Source: Deltaproteobacteria bacterium
GTDB taxonomy: Bacteria; Myxococcota_A; Polyangia; Fen-1088
Direction of reading: 5' to 3'
DNA length: 64,000 nucleotides
Assembly (NCBI GenBank): GCA_033763315.1
Contig: JANRKS010000005.1
Span: forward strand, 205,840 to 269,839
Under the pieces are notes generated by a model that searched no databases, had not been told where the DNA came from, and saw only the letters and a list, made by a program, of their open reading frames with translations. Each line of letters begins with the position of its first letter. The first letter of the stretch is position 1. Position numbers and translations under genes: made by a program. Shown piece after piece: positions 53,509 through 62,737 of this stretch.

Positions 53509-56500
53509 TCAATTGGCCCCCGATGTGATCACTGTGTAGCGACCCGCGCGCACTTGCAGTTGCCAGCCGCCCTCGGGGAGCTTCTTCACTGCAAGCTCGG
53601 TGGCTGATGCCAACGGGCGGTTGTTAAATAGTGCCGTGGTCCCGGCCTCGGCAGGGATCACGATCGTCGCGTTGGCTGAAGGCGGCACAGCGAAAGCGAA
53701 GCGCACGCCGTTGCCTTCGCGCTTCCATTGTGAGCCCACAGTTCCGCGCACCGTGTTCACATGCGCTTCCACGGCGTCGAGACCCGCAGGCACTTGCGGA
53801 GCCATCGTGAAGTGTTCGAATCCGGGGGCCTGATCGTCAGGTTTGATGCCCGCCAAATATTCGTAGTACCAGGCGTCGATGTCGCCGAAGAAAATGTGGT
53901 TGCGCGATTCTTTGCCTTTCCAATCCTCCCACAAAGTGGTGGCCCCTTGATCGATCCAGTAACCCCACGAAGGCGCTGTGCGACGGCTTGCCACCTTATA
54001 AGCCACGTCCATGTGGCCCGTGTCGGCCAAGGCCCGTAACACAGCTTTGGCGCCAATGACGCCCGTGTCCGGGTGAAAGTCTGTGGCTTCCAGGCTCTTG
54101 ATCAAACGCGCGGCCGTGGCGGCTCGCAGCGTTTGTGGCACCAAATCATGCGTCAGGGCCACGGCCAAGGCTGTTTGTTCATCGCTGCCCACTTGGCCTG
54201 TGGACGCGTTCACGAAGGCGCGTTGAAAGCCTTGTGATACGTGATCCGCCAAAGCGTTGTAGCGTTTCGCCGCCTCCAGCAAGCGCAACGCTTGTGCCGT
54301 TTTTGCCGCCAAATGTGCGGCCCAGCGATAGCTTGCCGTGGATGTGATGGCCACCGCGGTCTTCGTTTGCCACGGCACCCAATCGCCCAACCCCACATCC
54401 ACAACGCCGTCTTTCTCGATCGACCGCAGATAGGCGAGGTAGCGCTCTTGCGCGGGCCACGCCAACTGCAAAGGCAGAACATCACCGTTGAACGTGTAGA
54501 GCGACCACGGCACAACAAACAAAGCCAATTCCCATGAAGGGCCGCTCCATTCGTTAAAGCCCCAGCCTGATGACGGCACAATGCCTGGCAGCTGCCCTTT
54601 GCTGTTTTGGGCGGATACCAAGTCGCGAATCCATTTGAGATAACCAGCCGTGTTCTCAAAGTTGAAAGCACCCGCGTCCATCGCCAAGTGCGCGTCGGCT
54701 GTCCAACCATTCTTTTCGCGCTGTGGGCAATCGGTGGGAATGCCTTGAAAATTGGCGATGTATGACCAACGCGTGGCTTGGTGAATGCTGTTCACCAACG
54801 CATCAGAGGTTTCCAACGTGCCGATGCTCTCGAAGTCGGTATGGATCACGCGTGCTTCCACATTGTTGGTGGTGGGCGTGCCTGGCAAACCCTGCACCTC
54901 CACGTAACGAAAACCGTGGTACACGAAACGTGGCTCCCAAATCTCCTCTGAGCCGCCGCGCATGATGTACTCGTCCGTTTGAAAACGGCCCTGCCGCAAC
55001 CAACCGCCGATGGATTGATCCACCCGGCCGTTGGCATCCAGCGATTCACCGTAGCGAATCACAAGCTTCGTGCCTGCCGTGCCTTGAACGTGTAAACGCG
55101 CCCAGCCGGCGATGTTTTGCCCCACGTCAAATACAGCCACGGGCCCCACTTGCTTCACGGAACGTGATGGCAGCGTTTCAAGCACACGGATAGGCGGGTG
55201 CTCCTGTCCCAGCAATGGGCCTTTGGGTGTCGCGGCAAGTTCCACGTCGCGTGCTTTGGGATCCACAAAACCCACGCGCGCAAAATCCGCTTTCTCAAGC
55301 CGCGCGTCATAATGTTCGCCATTGCGAATGCCATCAAAACGCACAGGGCCCTCGGTGACCTTCCAGGTTTTATCCGTGGCCACAACGAAGCGGTTGCCCG
55401 ATTGCGTGGTCACTTCGATTTGCAGCAGCAACTTTGGATTGTCGCGCCAAGGCGCCGTGGCGAACCCCACGGGATCTCTGGCGTGCTGGTTGTAAAAGCC
55501 GTTGCCCAAGATCACGCCCACAGCGTTCTTGTTGGGATCTAACAAGCGCGTGATGTCGTGCACCACATATTGCACATTCTTGCTGTAGTCCGTGTACCCC
55601 GGATCGAGGACGTGATCGCCCACGCGGCGGCCATTGATGTAAAGCTCGTAGTAACCGAGGCCCGAGATATAAGCCCGCGCGCTTTTGATCTGTTCGGGGG
55701 CTGCGAATTCCTTGAAGAAGTACGGAGCGGGAGCGGCCCAAGCGTCGGTGCGGGGGCGGCCATCGAACGGTGGCTCGTCCCACTTCGCCACTTGTTCTGC
55801 AGCCACAAATCCCGCGGGGCTACCCACGTTCAACCAGCCGGAACTTGGCTGTTTCGCGGCTTGCCAGCCCACGTCGCCCGTGTTGATGGCAAAGCCGCCG
55901 CCATCGCGTGTGACCAATTGCAAAGACGCCAGCAAACCTGCCGGGCCGCCTTTGTTGTAGACGTCGGCGCCCAATACGTTGCGGCCTGCGTGCAGCAGTG
56001 ATGTCACGTCAACGGCTTCGCTGACGTCACCGGCGTCGACACTGAACACCTTCTTGCCGTTGACGAACACATCCGCGCTGTCATTCGCACCCACCAACAG
56101 CGATGCCTTTTGCACCTGCGCTCCCAGCGGCATCGCGAACTCATTGCGAAACCAGCGGTGAGCGGCCGGCGCCGCCTTCTTTGCGTTCTCATCTGGGTGC
56201 CAGATCCACGCGGCCGCTTGCAGCACCGCAAGCGGTGATTCCGTGGCGTCGGTGGGCCGCGTGATCCATTTGGCTGTCCAGTCGGTGCCTTGCAACAAGC
56301 CCATCTCAAACGACGTGGGCTCACTCCACGCTGAAAGGTTGTCGGCTTGGTTCCATACGCGCACCGCCACGAAGACGCGTTGACGCGACGTCAAAGCTGG
56401 ACCCGCCCACACCACGCCCACATTCGCGTGGCTTGCCACCTTGCCCGTGTTCCACAACAAGCCCTGCCCACCGGTGATGCCCTCGGGTGTGACCGCGGCA

Positions 56501-56724
56501 ACGATCTGGTATGCGGTCTGTGCGGCGCCCGCGGCCTCGGACTGCAGGCGCCACGAAAAACGCGGCGTGCTGGTGAGCCCCAACGGCGCCTTCAGCCAAT
56601 TCACCTTCACGTCGACGACCCGATGCTCGGAACCCGCACCGGTGTCTTTTAACGTCGTGGTTGCGCCCCCACAGGCAATCGCCAGGGGCAACACCAACAT
56701 CAATAGCTTTTGCGGGCTCGTCAT
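53509..56724 (-). CDS. Alpha-L-rhamnosidase (GH78) lipoprotein
   Basis: Lipobox 'LVLPLAIACGG'; the GH78 N-terminal domain 'NWLKAPLGLTSTPRFSWRLQS...AYQIVAA'; a central (alpha/alpha)6 region 'GWTADAHLAMDAGAFNFENTAGYLKWIRD'. The start is set at the internal ATG (56724) preceding the signal peptide. Confidence 0.8.
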   Translation of the reverse strand: MTSPQKLLMLVLPLAIACGGATTTLKDTGAGSEHRVVDVKVNWLKAPLGLTSTPRFSWRLQSEAAGAAQTAYQIVAAVTPEGITGGQGLLWNTGKVASHANVGVVWAGPALTSRQRVFVAVRVWNQADNLSAWSEPTSFEMGLLQGTDWTAKWITRPTDATESPLAVLQAAAWIWHPDENAKKAAPAAHRWFRNEFAMPLGAQVQKASLLVGANDSADVFVNGKKVFSVDAGDVSEAVDVTSLLHAGRNVLGADVYNKGGPAGLLASLQLVTRDGGGFAINTGDVGWQAAKQPSSGWLNVGSPAGFVAAEQVAKWDEPPFDGRPRTDAWAAPAPYFFKEFAAPEQIKSARAYISGLGYYELYINGRRVGDHVLDPGYTDYSKNVQYVVHDITRLLDPNKNAVGVILGNGFYNQHARDPVGFATAPWRDNPKLLLQIEVTTQSGNRFVVATDKTWKVTEGPVRFDGIRNGEHYDARLEKADFARVGFVDPKARDVELAATPKGPLLGQEHPPIRVLETLPSRSVKQVGPVAVFDVGQNIAGWARLHVQGTAGTKLVIRYGESLDANGRVDQSIGGWLRQGRFQTDEYIMRGGSEEIWEPRFVYHGFRYVEVQGLPGTPTTNNVEARVIHTDFESIGTLETSDALVNSIHQATRWSYIANFQGIPTDCPQREKNGWTADAHLAMDAGAFNFENTAGYLKWIRDLVSAQNSKGQLPGIVPSSGWGFNEWSGPSWELALFVVPWSLYTFNGDVLPLQLAWPAQERYLAYLRSIEKDGVVDVGLGDWVPWQTKTAVAITSTASYRWAAHLAAKTAQALRLLEAAKRYNALADHVSQGFQRAFVNASTGQVGSDEQTALAVALTHDLVPQTLRAATAARLIKSLEATDFHPDTGVIGAKAVLRALADTGHMDVAYKVASRRTAPSWGYWIDQGATTLWEDWKGKESRNHIFFGDIDAWYYEYLAGIKPDDQAPGFEHFTMAPQVPAGLDAVEAHVNTVRGTVGSQWKREGNGVRFAFAVPPSANATIVIPAEAGTTALFNNRPLASATELAVKKLPEGGWQLQVRAGRYTVITSGAN

Positions 56725-56785
56725 GGCCGCGCAGACTACAACAACCTGGCCGCAGCGTGCGCAAAGCGATGAAAGACAGCGCTTT

Positions 56786-57535
56786 TTACCGACGACCGCG
56801 CGGCGGTGGCCGCTTGCCACCCGTGTCCTTGCGGGCCGGCTCGTGGGGCGGGCGCGGGGGCCGCGGTGGCCGTAACAAACGCGTGCCGAGGTAGACAAAG
56901 TGAATGCGCCCGCCTTGCCCGGCACGAACGCGCTGCAATTCGAAACCACCCACGCCCATGCGATTCTCAAACGGTTTGTCCGGCTCTTCAGACCACACGG
57001 CGAATATGCCCTTGGGCTTGAGCGCGTTCCATGCCATCGCGATGGCCGTGGTTCCGTAAAGGGGATCGCGCGGCCCGTTCACGGCGTCGTGTGGCCCTTC
57101 GTAAAGATCAATGATGATGGCTTGGTAGTGACCGGCGGGCGCGCGCGCGATCACATGCGCAACATCTTTGACGATCACATTCACACGACGATCGCTAAGC
57201 GCGTTGTCGCTGAGCACGGCCAACGGTCCTTGGCACCAGCTGACCACCGCTTGGTTCAGCTCCACCACGTCTACGGTGGCATCGCCGGGCAAATGATCAA
57301 GCGCCGCCCGCAAGGTGAAGCCCATGCCCAATCCACCCAACAGAACCCGCGGCTTCACAGTGCCAGCGATGGCCTCGCACGCCGCGATGGCCAACGCGTC
57401 TTCAGACCGGTGGGCCGTGCTGGTCATCAACACGCGGCCATCGATCGTGATCAAAAAGTCTTTCTCACCACGCTGACGCAGCTCCAAAGGGCCGGCGGGG
57501 GTGCCTACTTTCTCAAGGGTCTGCCACGGACGCAT
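56786..57535 (-). CDS. Spermidine-synthase-like (PABS fold) SAM-dependent methyltransferase-family protein
   Basis: 'VLLGGLGMGFTLRAALDHLPGDATVDVVELNQAVV' (GxGxG plus acidic residue) and 'DLYEGPHD' are typical of spermine/spermidine synthase-like proteins. Pro/Arg-rich C-terminal tail. Confidence 0.5.
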   Translation of the reverse strand: MRPWQTLEKVGTPAGPLELRQRGEKDFLITIDGRVLMTSTAHRSEDALAIAACEAIAGTVKPRVLLGGLGMGFTLRAALDHLPGDATVDVVELNQAVVSWCQGPLAVLSDNALSDRRVNVIVKDVAHVIARAPAGHYQAIIIDLYEGPHDAVNGPRDPLYGTTAIAMAWNALKPKGIFAVWSEEPDKPFENRMGVGGFELQRVRAGQGGRIHFVYLGTRLLRPPRPPRPPHEPARKDTGGKRPPPRGRR

Positions 57536-57692
57536 AAGGAAACCTTGATAGCACGCGGGCGCGCTGCAGGTATGCGGGAATGATGCTGGGTGGCCGGTTT
57601 GCTCACACGCACCCTTTTGTCGCCATTTGTGACGTTCGCGGTAAATGGCAAGCGCTGTTACCCTTAGAGGGTCCATTCACAACGGAGCCGCC

Positions 57693-58832
57693 ATGGGCAT
57701 GAACAACGCCGTGTTCCTTGAGGTCATCGAGTGGTTTGATTCCGCGGGCAACGAGATGGTGGCTCGCATTCCGGCCGAAGGTTCGGGCGAGATCAAGTGG
57801 GGCGCGCAATTGATCGTGCGCGAAAGTCAGAACGCCGTGTTCTTCTATGGCGGCAAAGCCATCGCGGTGTTCGAGGCTGGCCGCCACACTCTAAAGACAG
57901 GCAACATCCCTGTTCTGAATAAGCTGTTGGCGGCGCCTTGGGGCGGCACGAGCCCGCTGCGCGCCGAAGTTTATATGGTGGGGCGCCAAGTGTTCCCCAA
58001 CTTGAAATGGGGCACCCGAGAGCCGGTCGCTTACCGCGACAGCATGCTGGGCTTGGTGCGCATCCGCGCGCACGGCGTGTTCAACGTTCAGATTGTGCAA
58101 CCGTTGTTGTTCATCAATCGCTTCGTGGGCACATTGGGCTTAACCACAACCGTGCGCATCGAGGATTATTTGCGCAGCGTGATCGTGTCGCGCTTTAACG
58201 ATGTGCTTGGCGAGCATCTCACCAGCTTGGTTGATCTGCCCGGCTCTTACGATGTGATTGCCACGGCACTGCAGGAACGCCTTGCGGACGACTTTACGCA
58301 TTTCGGTTTGGCGTTGACGCAGCTTTATCTCACCTCTGTGTCGCCGCCCCCCGAGGTGCAGCAGGCGATCGACGAACGCAGCAAGATGCAGGCGGTAGGC
58401 GTTTCGAACCTCGATGATTTCGTGAAATTCAAGGCCGGCGTTGCCATGGAACGCGCCGCTTCGAACGCTGGTGCAGCGGGCGAGAGTCTGGGTGTGGGCA
58501 TGGGCTTCATGATGCCGTCGATGATGGCGCAGGCGTTGGCAGCGCGTCCGTCCGCTCCCGTTGCGCCTCCGATCGCCGAAGCTTCGGTGCCGTGTCCTGA
58601 ATGTAAACGCCCAGCATCTGTGAGCGCCCATTTTTGCAGCGGTTGTGGCCATCAACTTGTGGTGTTCGACGAATGCCTCACCTGCAAAGCCACCTTGCAA
58701 CCGGGCGCGAAATTTTGCGCCCAATGTGGTCACAAGGTGGAACAATTGCCTGCGGCTCCGAAATGTAGAAGCTGCGGCTGCGAGAACTTGGCTGGGTCCG
58801 TGTTCTGCAACCAATGCGGCGAGCGTTTGTAG
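57693..58832 (+). CDS. SPFH-superfamily Band_7_1-type protein with C-terminal triple zinc-ribbon
   Basis: RBS GGAG 6 nt upstream of the ATG. 'NAVFLEVIEWFDSAGNEMVARIP...QLIVRESQNAVFFYGGKAIAVFEAGRHTL' matches the Band_7_1 (YdjI-like) family. The C-terminus carries three CxxC...CxxC pairs ('CPECKR...CSGCGH', 'CLTCKA...CAQCGH', 'CRSCGC...CNQCGE'). Confidence 0.6.
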   Translation: MGMNNAVFLEVIEWFDSAGNEMVARIPAEGSGEIKWGAQLIVRESQNAVFFYGGKAIAVFEAGRHTLKTGNIPVLNKLLAAPWGGTSPLRAEVYMVGRQVFPNLKWGTREPVAYRDSMLGLVRIRAHGVFNVQIVQPLLFINRFVGTLGLTTTVRIEDYLRSVIVSRFNDVLGEHLTSLVDLPGSYDVIATALQERLADDFTHFGLALTQLYLTSVSPPPEVQQAIDERSKMQAVGVSNLDDFVKFKAGVAMERAASNAGAAGESLGVGMGFMMPSMMAQALAARPSAPVAPPIAEASVPCPECKRPASVSAHFCSGCGHQLVVFDECLTCKATLQPGAKFCAQCGHKVEQLPAAPKCRSCGCENLAGSVFCNQCGERL

Positions 58833-58892
58833 GGCGCCTACATTGACTGTAACGCCACCGCTACGTTAAAACGCTGCTCGAAAGAGGGCGAT

Positions 58893-59489
58893 ATGAAGAT
58901 GACGGACATGAAGCTTGTTATGTGTGTTTTGAGTTGTGTGGCGGGTGTTGGGTTCGTGGCTTGCGGCGGTAGCGATGAGAAGATGTCAACCACGGGCGGT
59001 ATGGGGGGTGGCTCGGGCACCGGGACGGGTGGCACCGTTGGCGCTATGGGCGGTTCGGGGGGCGGGTCAACCGTTGCCGACCTGTCAGCCTTTGTGGGCG
59101 GCTGGCAATACGTGGCGGGCACGCAGAACCTTGTCTGCACGTCTATCGGTGTCAATGAGACCGAACAGCTGACGGGTGACAAGTACACAATCGCCAAAGG
59201 TGTGGATGCGCCCTTGGTGTGGTCGGAGCCAGATTCAAAATGCATCTGGAAGTACAACTCCAATGGCCAGGTGATGACCCTATTGCCCACGCAGATGTGC
59301 ATGGACAAATTCAGCGATGAGACGCTGGGCACCGTGGACGTTACCGTCACGCCCATCGCTTCAACAATGACTGTGACGGGTTCGACCGCCACCGTGGCTT
59401 TTTCTGCAAATTACGCTTTGAACATTGCCGGCAGCATCGTGAACTGTTCGGTCACGGCGAGCGGCAACGTTATGAAGATCTCGAACTGA
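58893..59489 (+). CDS. Hypothetical lipoprotein
   Basis: RBS AGAGGG; signal/lipobox 'LVMCVLSCVAGVGFVACGG'; Gly-rich linker; Cys-containing beta-rich C-terminal domain of unknown family. Confidence 0.45.
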   Translation: MKMTDMKLVMCVLSCVAGVGFVACGGSDEKMSTTGGMGGGSGTGTGGTVGAMGGSGGGSTVADLSAFVGGWQYVAGTQNLVCTSIGVNETEQLTGDKYTIAKGVDAPLVWSEPDSKCIWKYNSNGQVMTLLPTQMCMDKFSDETLGTVDVTVTPIASTMTVTGSTATVAFSANYALNIAGSIVNCSVTASGNVMKISN

Positions 59490-59547
59490 TCGCTGTGAGG
59501 GGATACGGCCGCGGCTTGCGTAGGCGAGCGCGGCCGAGCCATTGAGC

Positions 59548-60831
59548 TCACGCCGCCCGTGCGGGCGCCGCATCTGCCATGACCATCTTGTGGATGCCGT
59601 ACAACAACAGCATGGCGGCCACCATCGCGCCGGAAACCACGTAGCCAAGGATGTTGTAGTGCAGAAGCTTGCCGCTGGCGGTCTGCACCACGATGAGGCC
59701 GGCTGCGTACGAGGCGATGCCGCCGGAGATTTGTTGCACGGACGAATTTACGGACATAAACGAGCCCCGGTTTTGCGGCGCGGGTACGGCTGACATTAAG
59801 GCCTGGGCGGAGATCATGCGGCTTGAGATGCCGATGAATAAAATGCCGTTAAGCAAGATCACCAACCACAGCGGCGTGAGCCCCAGGTTGCAGTAGATGC
59901 ACACGATGGTGATGCTGATCGTTGAGCCGATGCAGAACATCCAGAATTTGCCGATGCGATCGCTCAGGCGGCCAACGAACGGCCCCGTCAACATCGCGAC
60001 GACGCCTGTGACCATGTAGACGGCCGGCAGCTGCTCCATCGAGATGCCTTGGTTGTGAACGCTAAAAGCGCTGCCAAACGGCATCAACATAAACCCACCC
60101 GTGACAAGCAGTCCCGTGGTGGCGAAGGCACGTAGATGCCGGCGGGTTGTGATCGTGTTCCACAAATGAACGAATGGGTTGTGTTCGTTCTCATTAAGGT
60201 GCGCGTTGATGGGCTTAAGCCCGATGATGATCACCACGCCCACCACCAGCCCCACCGCCAAGATCAATAAGAAGGGCATGTGCCAACCCCATTTGTTCGA
60301 TAGATAAAGCCCAAGCGGTATGCCCAGGATTTGGCTGCCCGCGAACGCCGTTTGCACATATCCCATCACGCGGCCGCGCATCTGGAAGGGAAACATGTCA
60401 GCGATGATCGCGAAGCTGACCGAACCGATCACGCCGCCAAATACACCCGTTAACATGCGCGCCAACACCAACCTGTGATAATTCGGCGCAAGGCCGCAAA
60501 ACAGCGTGCCCAACAAAAAGCCACCATAGAAGAACAGCAAAAAGCGTTTGCGATCAAATCTGTCCGCGAAGCCCGCGGCCAATAAACCAGAAGCGCCGGC
60601 GCTGAAGGCATAGACGGACACCACCAAACCAAACTGCTGGGTGCTGATGTGAAGGTCCCGCAGCAACATCGCTCCAAGCGGCGACAAGATCATGAAGTCC
60701 AAGATGATCGTGAACTGCAAGAAGGCCAAGATGGCCACCACGAAGGCCTCGTAGCGGCTGAACTTCGGGGCCGCCGGGGGGGTGACGGCAGCGCGCGTGA
60801 CCAGGCTCGGAGATTCTGCGTGCGTTGTCAT
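59548..60831 (-). CDS. MFS transporter
   Basis: 12 TM helices, with 'GFADRFDRKRFLLFFYGGFLLG' (MFS loop 2-3 motif). Start taken at the internal ATG (60831). Confidence 0.8.
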   Translation of the reverse strand: MTTHAESPSLVTRAAVTPPAAPKFSRYEAFVVAILAFLQFTIILDFMILSPLGAMLLRDLHISTQQFGLVVSVYAFSAGASGLLAAGFADRFDRKRFLLFFYGGFLLGTLFCGLAPNYHRLVLARMLTGVFGGVIGSVSFAIIADMFPFQMRGRVMGYVQTAFAGSQILGIPLGLYLSNKWGWHMPFLLILAVGLVVGVVIIIGLKPINAHLNENEHNPFVHLWNTITTRRHLRAFATTGLLVTGGFMLMPFGSAFSVHNQGISMEQLPAVYMVTGVVAMLTGPFVGRLSDRIGKFWMFCIGSTISITIVCIYCNLGLTPLWLVILLNGILFIGISSRMISAQALMSAVPAPQNRGSFMSVNSSVQQISGGIASYAAGLIVVQTASGKLLHYNILGYVVSGAMVAAMLLLYGIHKMVMADAAPARAA

Positions 60832-60953
60832 AGGAGCGCGGGTATAGCAAACCTCGATACCAATGATCTTGGGCACTTGCGTGCATGAACCGATACAAGA
60901 ATCGAACCGTGAGCTGCTTTTTGCCCCGGCGGTGACTTACAATAAAGAAGTCC

Positions 60954-61571
60954 ATGACCCACGCCTCGCGTTTTTCGTCCGCCAAACCCGTGTCGTTCCT
61001 GGGCGGCGATGGGGAGCTTGTGGCTGGGCTCAAAGCGGCCAACCCGGCAGCGCAGCAGGCTTTTTTCGGACGCTACGCGCGGTTTGTGGAGCGCTTGCTG
61101 CTTGGCGTGTTGGGGCCCGACGCTGATCTCGGCGACGTCATGCAAGACACGTTCATGGCGGCGTTCAGACAAATTACGAATCTGCGCAGCGCGGAGGCGT
61201 TAACCGAATGGTTGCGTACGATCGCCGTGGGTGTGGCGCAAAACCGCATTCGCTCGCGCACGCGCAACAGATGGTTGTTGTTCTTCGCACCGGAACAGTT
61301 GCCGGACGTGCCGTTGCTGCCCGCTCGCGCCGAAGCCACACAGGCGTTGCGGGCGGTTTATGCCGTGCTTGATCAAATGCCTGCGCACGAGCGTGTGGTG
61401 TTTGCGCTGCGCCACATTGAAGACATGACGGTGCCTGAGATCGCTGCTGCGACCAAAGTTTCGGAATCAACCGTTAAGCGGCGGCTACAGCAAGCGGAAC
61501 GGCTGTTCGACGATGGCAAATACAAACACCCGGCGTTGGCCGATTGGGTGGCGGGGATGGAAGCATCATGA
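60954..61571 (+). CDS. ECF-subfamily RNA polymerase sigma-70 factor
   Basis: Region 2 'FMAAFRQITNLRSAEALTEWLRTIAVGVAQNRIRSR' and region 4 'DMTVPEIAAATKVSESTVKRRLQQAERLF'. Confidence 0.85.
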   Translation: MTHASRFSSAKPVSFLGGDGELVAGLKAANPAAQQAFFGRYARFVERLLLGVLGPDADLGDVMQDTFMAAFRQITNLRSAEALTEWLRTIAVGVAQNRIRSRTRNRWLLFFAPEQLPDVPLLPARAEATQALRAVYAVLDQMPAHERVVFALRHIEDMTVPEIAAATKVSESTVKRRLQQAERLFDDGKYKHPALADWVAGMEAS

Positions 61572-62737
61572 CCAGTCGCTATGCGAAGTTGGGCCGCGCC
61601 GCGCGGCATGAGCTCGATGAGCTTGTTTCGCGATCGCGCGTGTCTGCTGATGTGCAAGCGCGGCTGTTTGCAACGCCGCACCCGGCGGCGCGTTGGTTGT
61701 GGCACTGGGTGGCCGCCGCGAGCCTGGGCTTGGCCGTTGCTGTGGGTGTCATCGTGTGGCTGTGGCCACCCGTTCCGTTGACCTTCACAGTGGCAGGCGA
61801 GGGCACTGGGCTTGTGGGCGCGCCGATCACTTCCGCCGATGACACCAAGCTCTTGGCGTTTTCCGAGGGCACGATGGTGTGGGTCGCGCCTCACAGCACC
61901 ACGCGCGTTGAGCGTGCGCAGACCCGTGGCGCCGAGGTGGCGTTGGAAGGCGGCACGTTGCGGGCCCAAGTAAAACATAAGGGCGACACGCGCTGGCTGT
62001 TTCACGCAGGGCCCTACGAAGTGCTGGTGACGGGCACCAAGTTTGATCTGTCTTGGGATACACAAACAAAGAAGCTCGCCGTCGCGATGCACGAAGGGCG
62101 TGTGCTGGTGCAAGGCGGCCTTTTGAGTGTGCCGCGTGAAGTGCGCGCTGGTGAACGCTTCATGATGGGCGGTCACTCACAGGAACCGTTGGCACCGCCG
62201 GGGGGGGCGACGCCTGCGACAGAAGCCCCAGCGCCATCCTCGGCGCGAAAGTTCAACGAGGAGCCTCTCTCAGCTGATCTCGCAGCGCGGACAACACGCA
62301 AAGGTCAGGCTCTCGCCATGCGTACCGCGGCCGCGCCTCCCGAGCTTAAGCCGGAACACGATAAACAAAATGTGGCCGCTGCCTTGTTTGCACGCGCGGA
62401 TGCCGCGCGCTTGTCTGGCAACGAGGCGCAGGCGGTGGCGTTGTTTGAAGAAGTTGCGGAACGCTTTGCCTCCGATCGCTTGGCCGGCTTGGCGTCGTTT
62501 GCCGCCGGGCGCTTGTGGTTGGTCCGCCTTGGCGACGCCCGCGCTGCCTTGATCGATCTGCAACGCGCGCGCCGTTTAGGTTTGGGTGCTCCGTTGGATG
62601 AAGATTGCCACGCGCGCATTGTGGAAGCGCTGAGCGCTTTGCAACGTATGGACGCGTGCAAAAAGGAGCAGGCGCTTTACCTTGCGTCCTACCCGCGCGG
62701 CCCGCACGCGGGGCTTGTATCGAAAGCGTGTCGTTGA
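61568..62737 (+). CDS. Anti-sigma factor, FecR-like (single TM, periplasmic FecR-type domain, C-terminal TPR-like region)
   Basis: Overlaps the sigma gene (ATGA). TM 'WLWHWVAAASLGLAVAVGVIVWLW'; 'GTKFDLSWDTQTKKLAVAMHEGRVLVQGG' is FecR-like; C-terminal Ala-rich helical repeats. Confidence 0.6.
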   Translation: MTSRYAKLGRAARHELDELVSRSRVSADVQARLFATPHPAARWLWHWVAAASLGLAVAVGVIVWLWPPVPLTFTVAGEGTGLVGAPITSADDTKLLAFSEGTMVWVAPHSTTRVERAQTRGAEVALEGGTLRAQVKHKGDTRWLFHAGPYEVLVTGTKFDLSWDTQTKKLAVAMHEGRVLVQGGLLSVPREVRAGERFMMGGHSQEPLAPPGGATPATEAPAPSSARKFNEEPLSADLAARTTRKGQALAMRTAAAPPELKPEHDKQNVAAALFARADAARLSGNEAQAVALFEEVAERFASDRLAGLASFAAGRLWLVRLGDARAALIDLQRARRLGLGAPLDEDCHARIVEALSALQRMDACKKEQALYLASYPRGPHAGLVSKACR

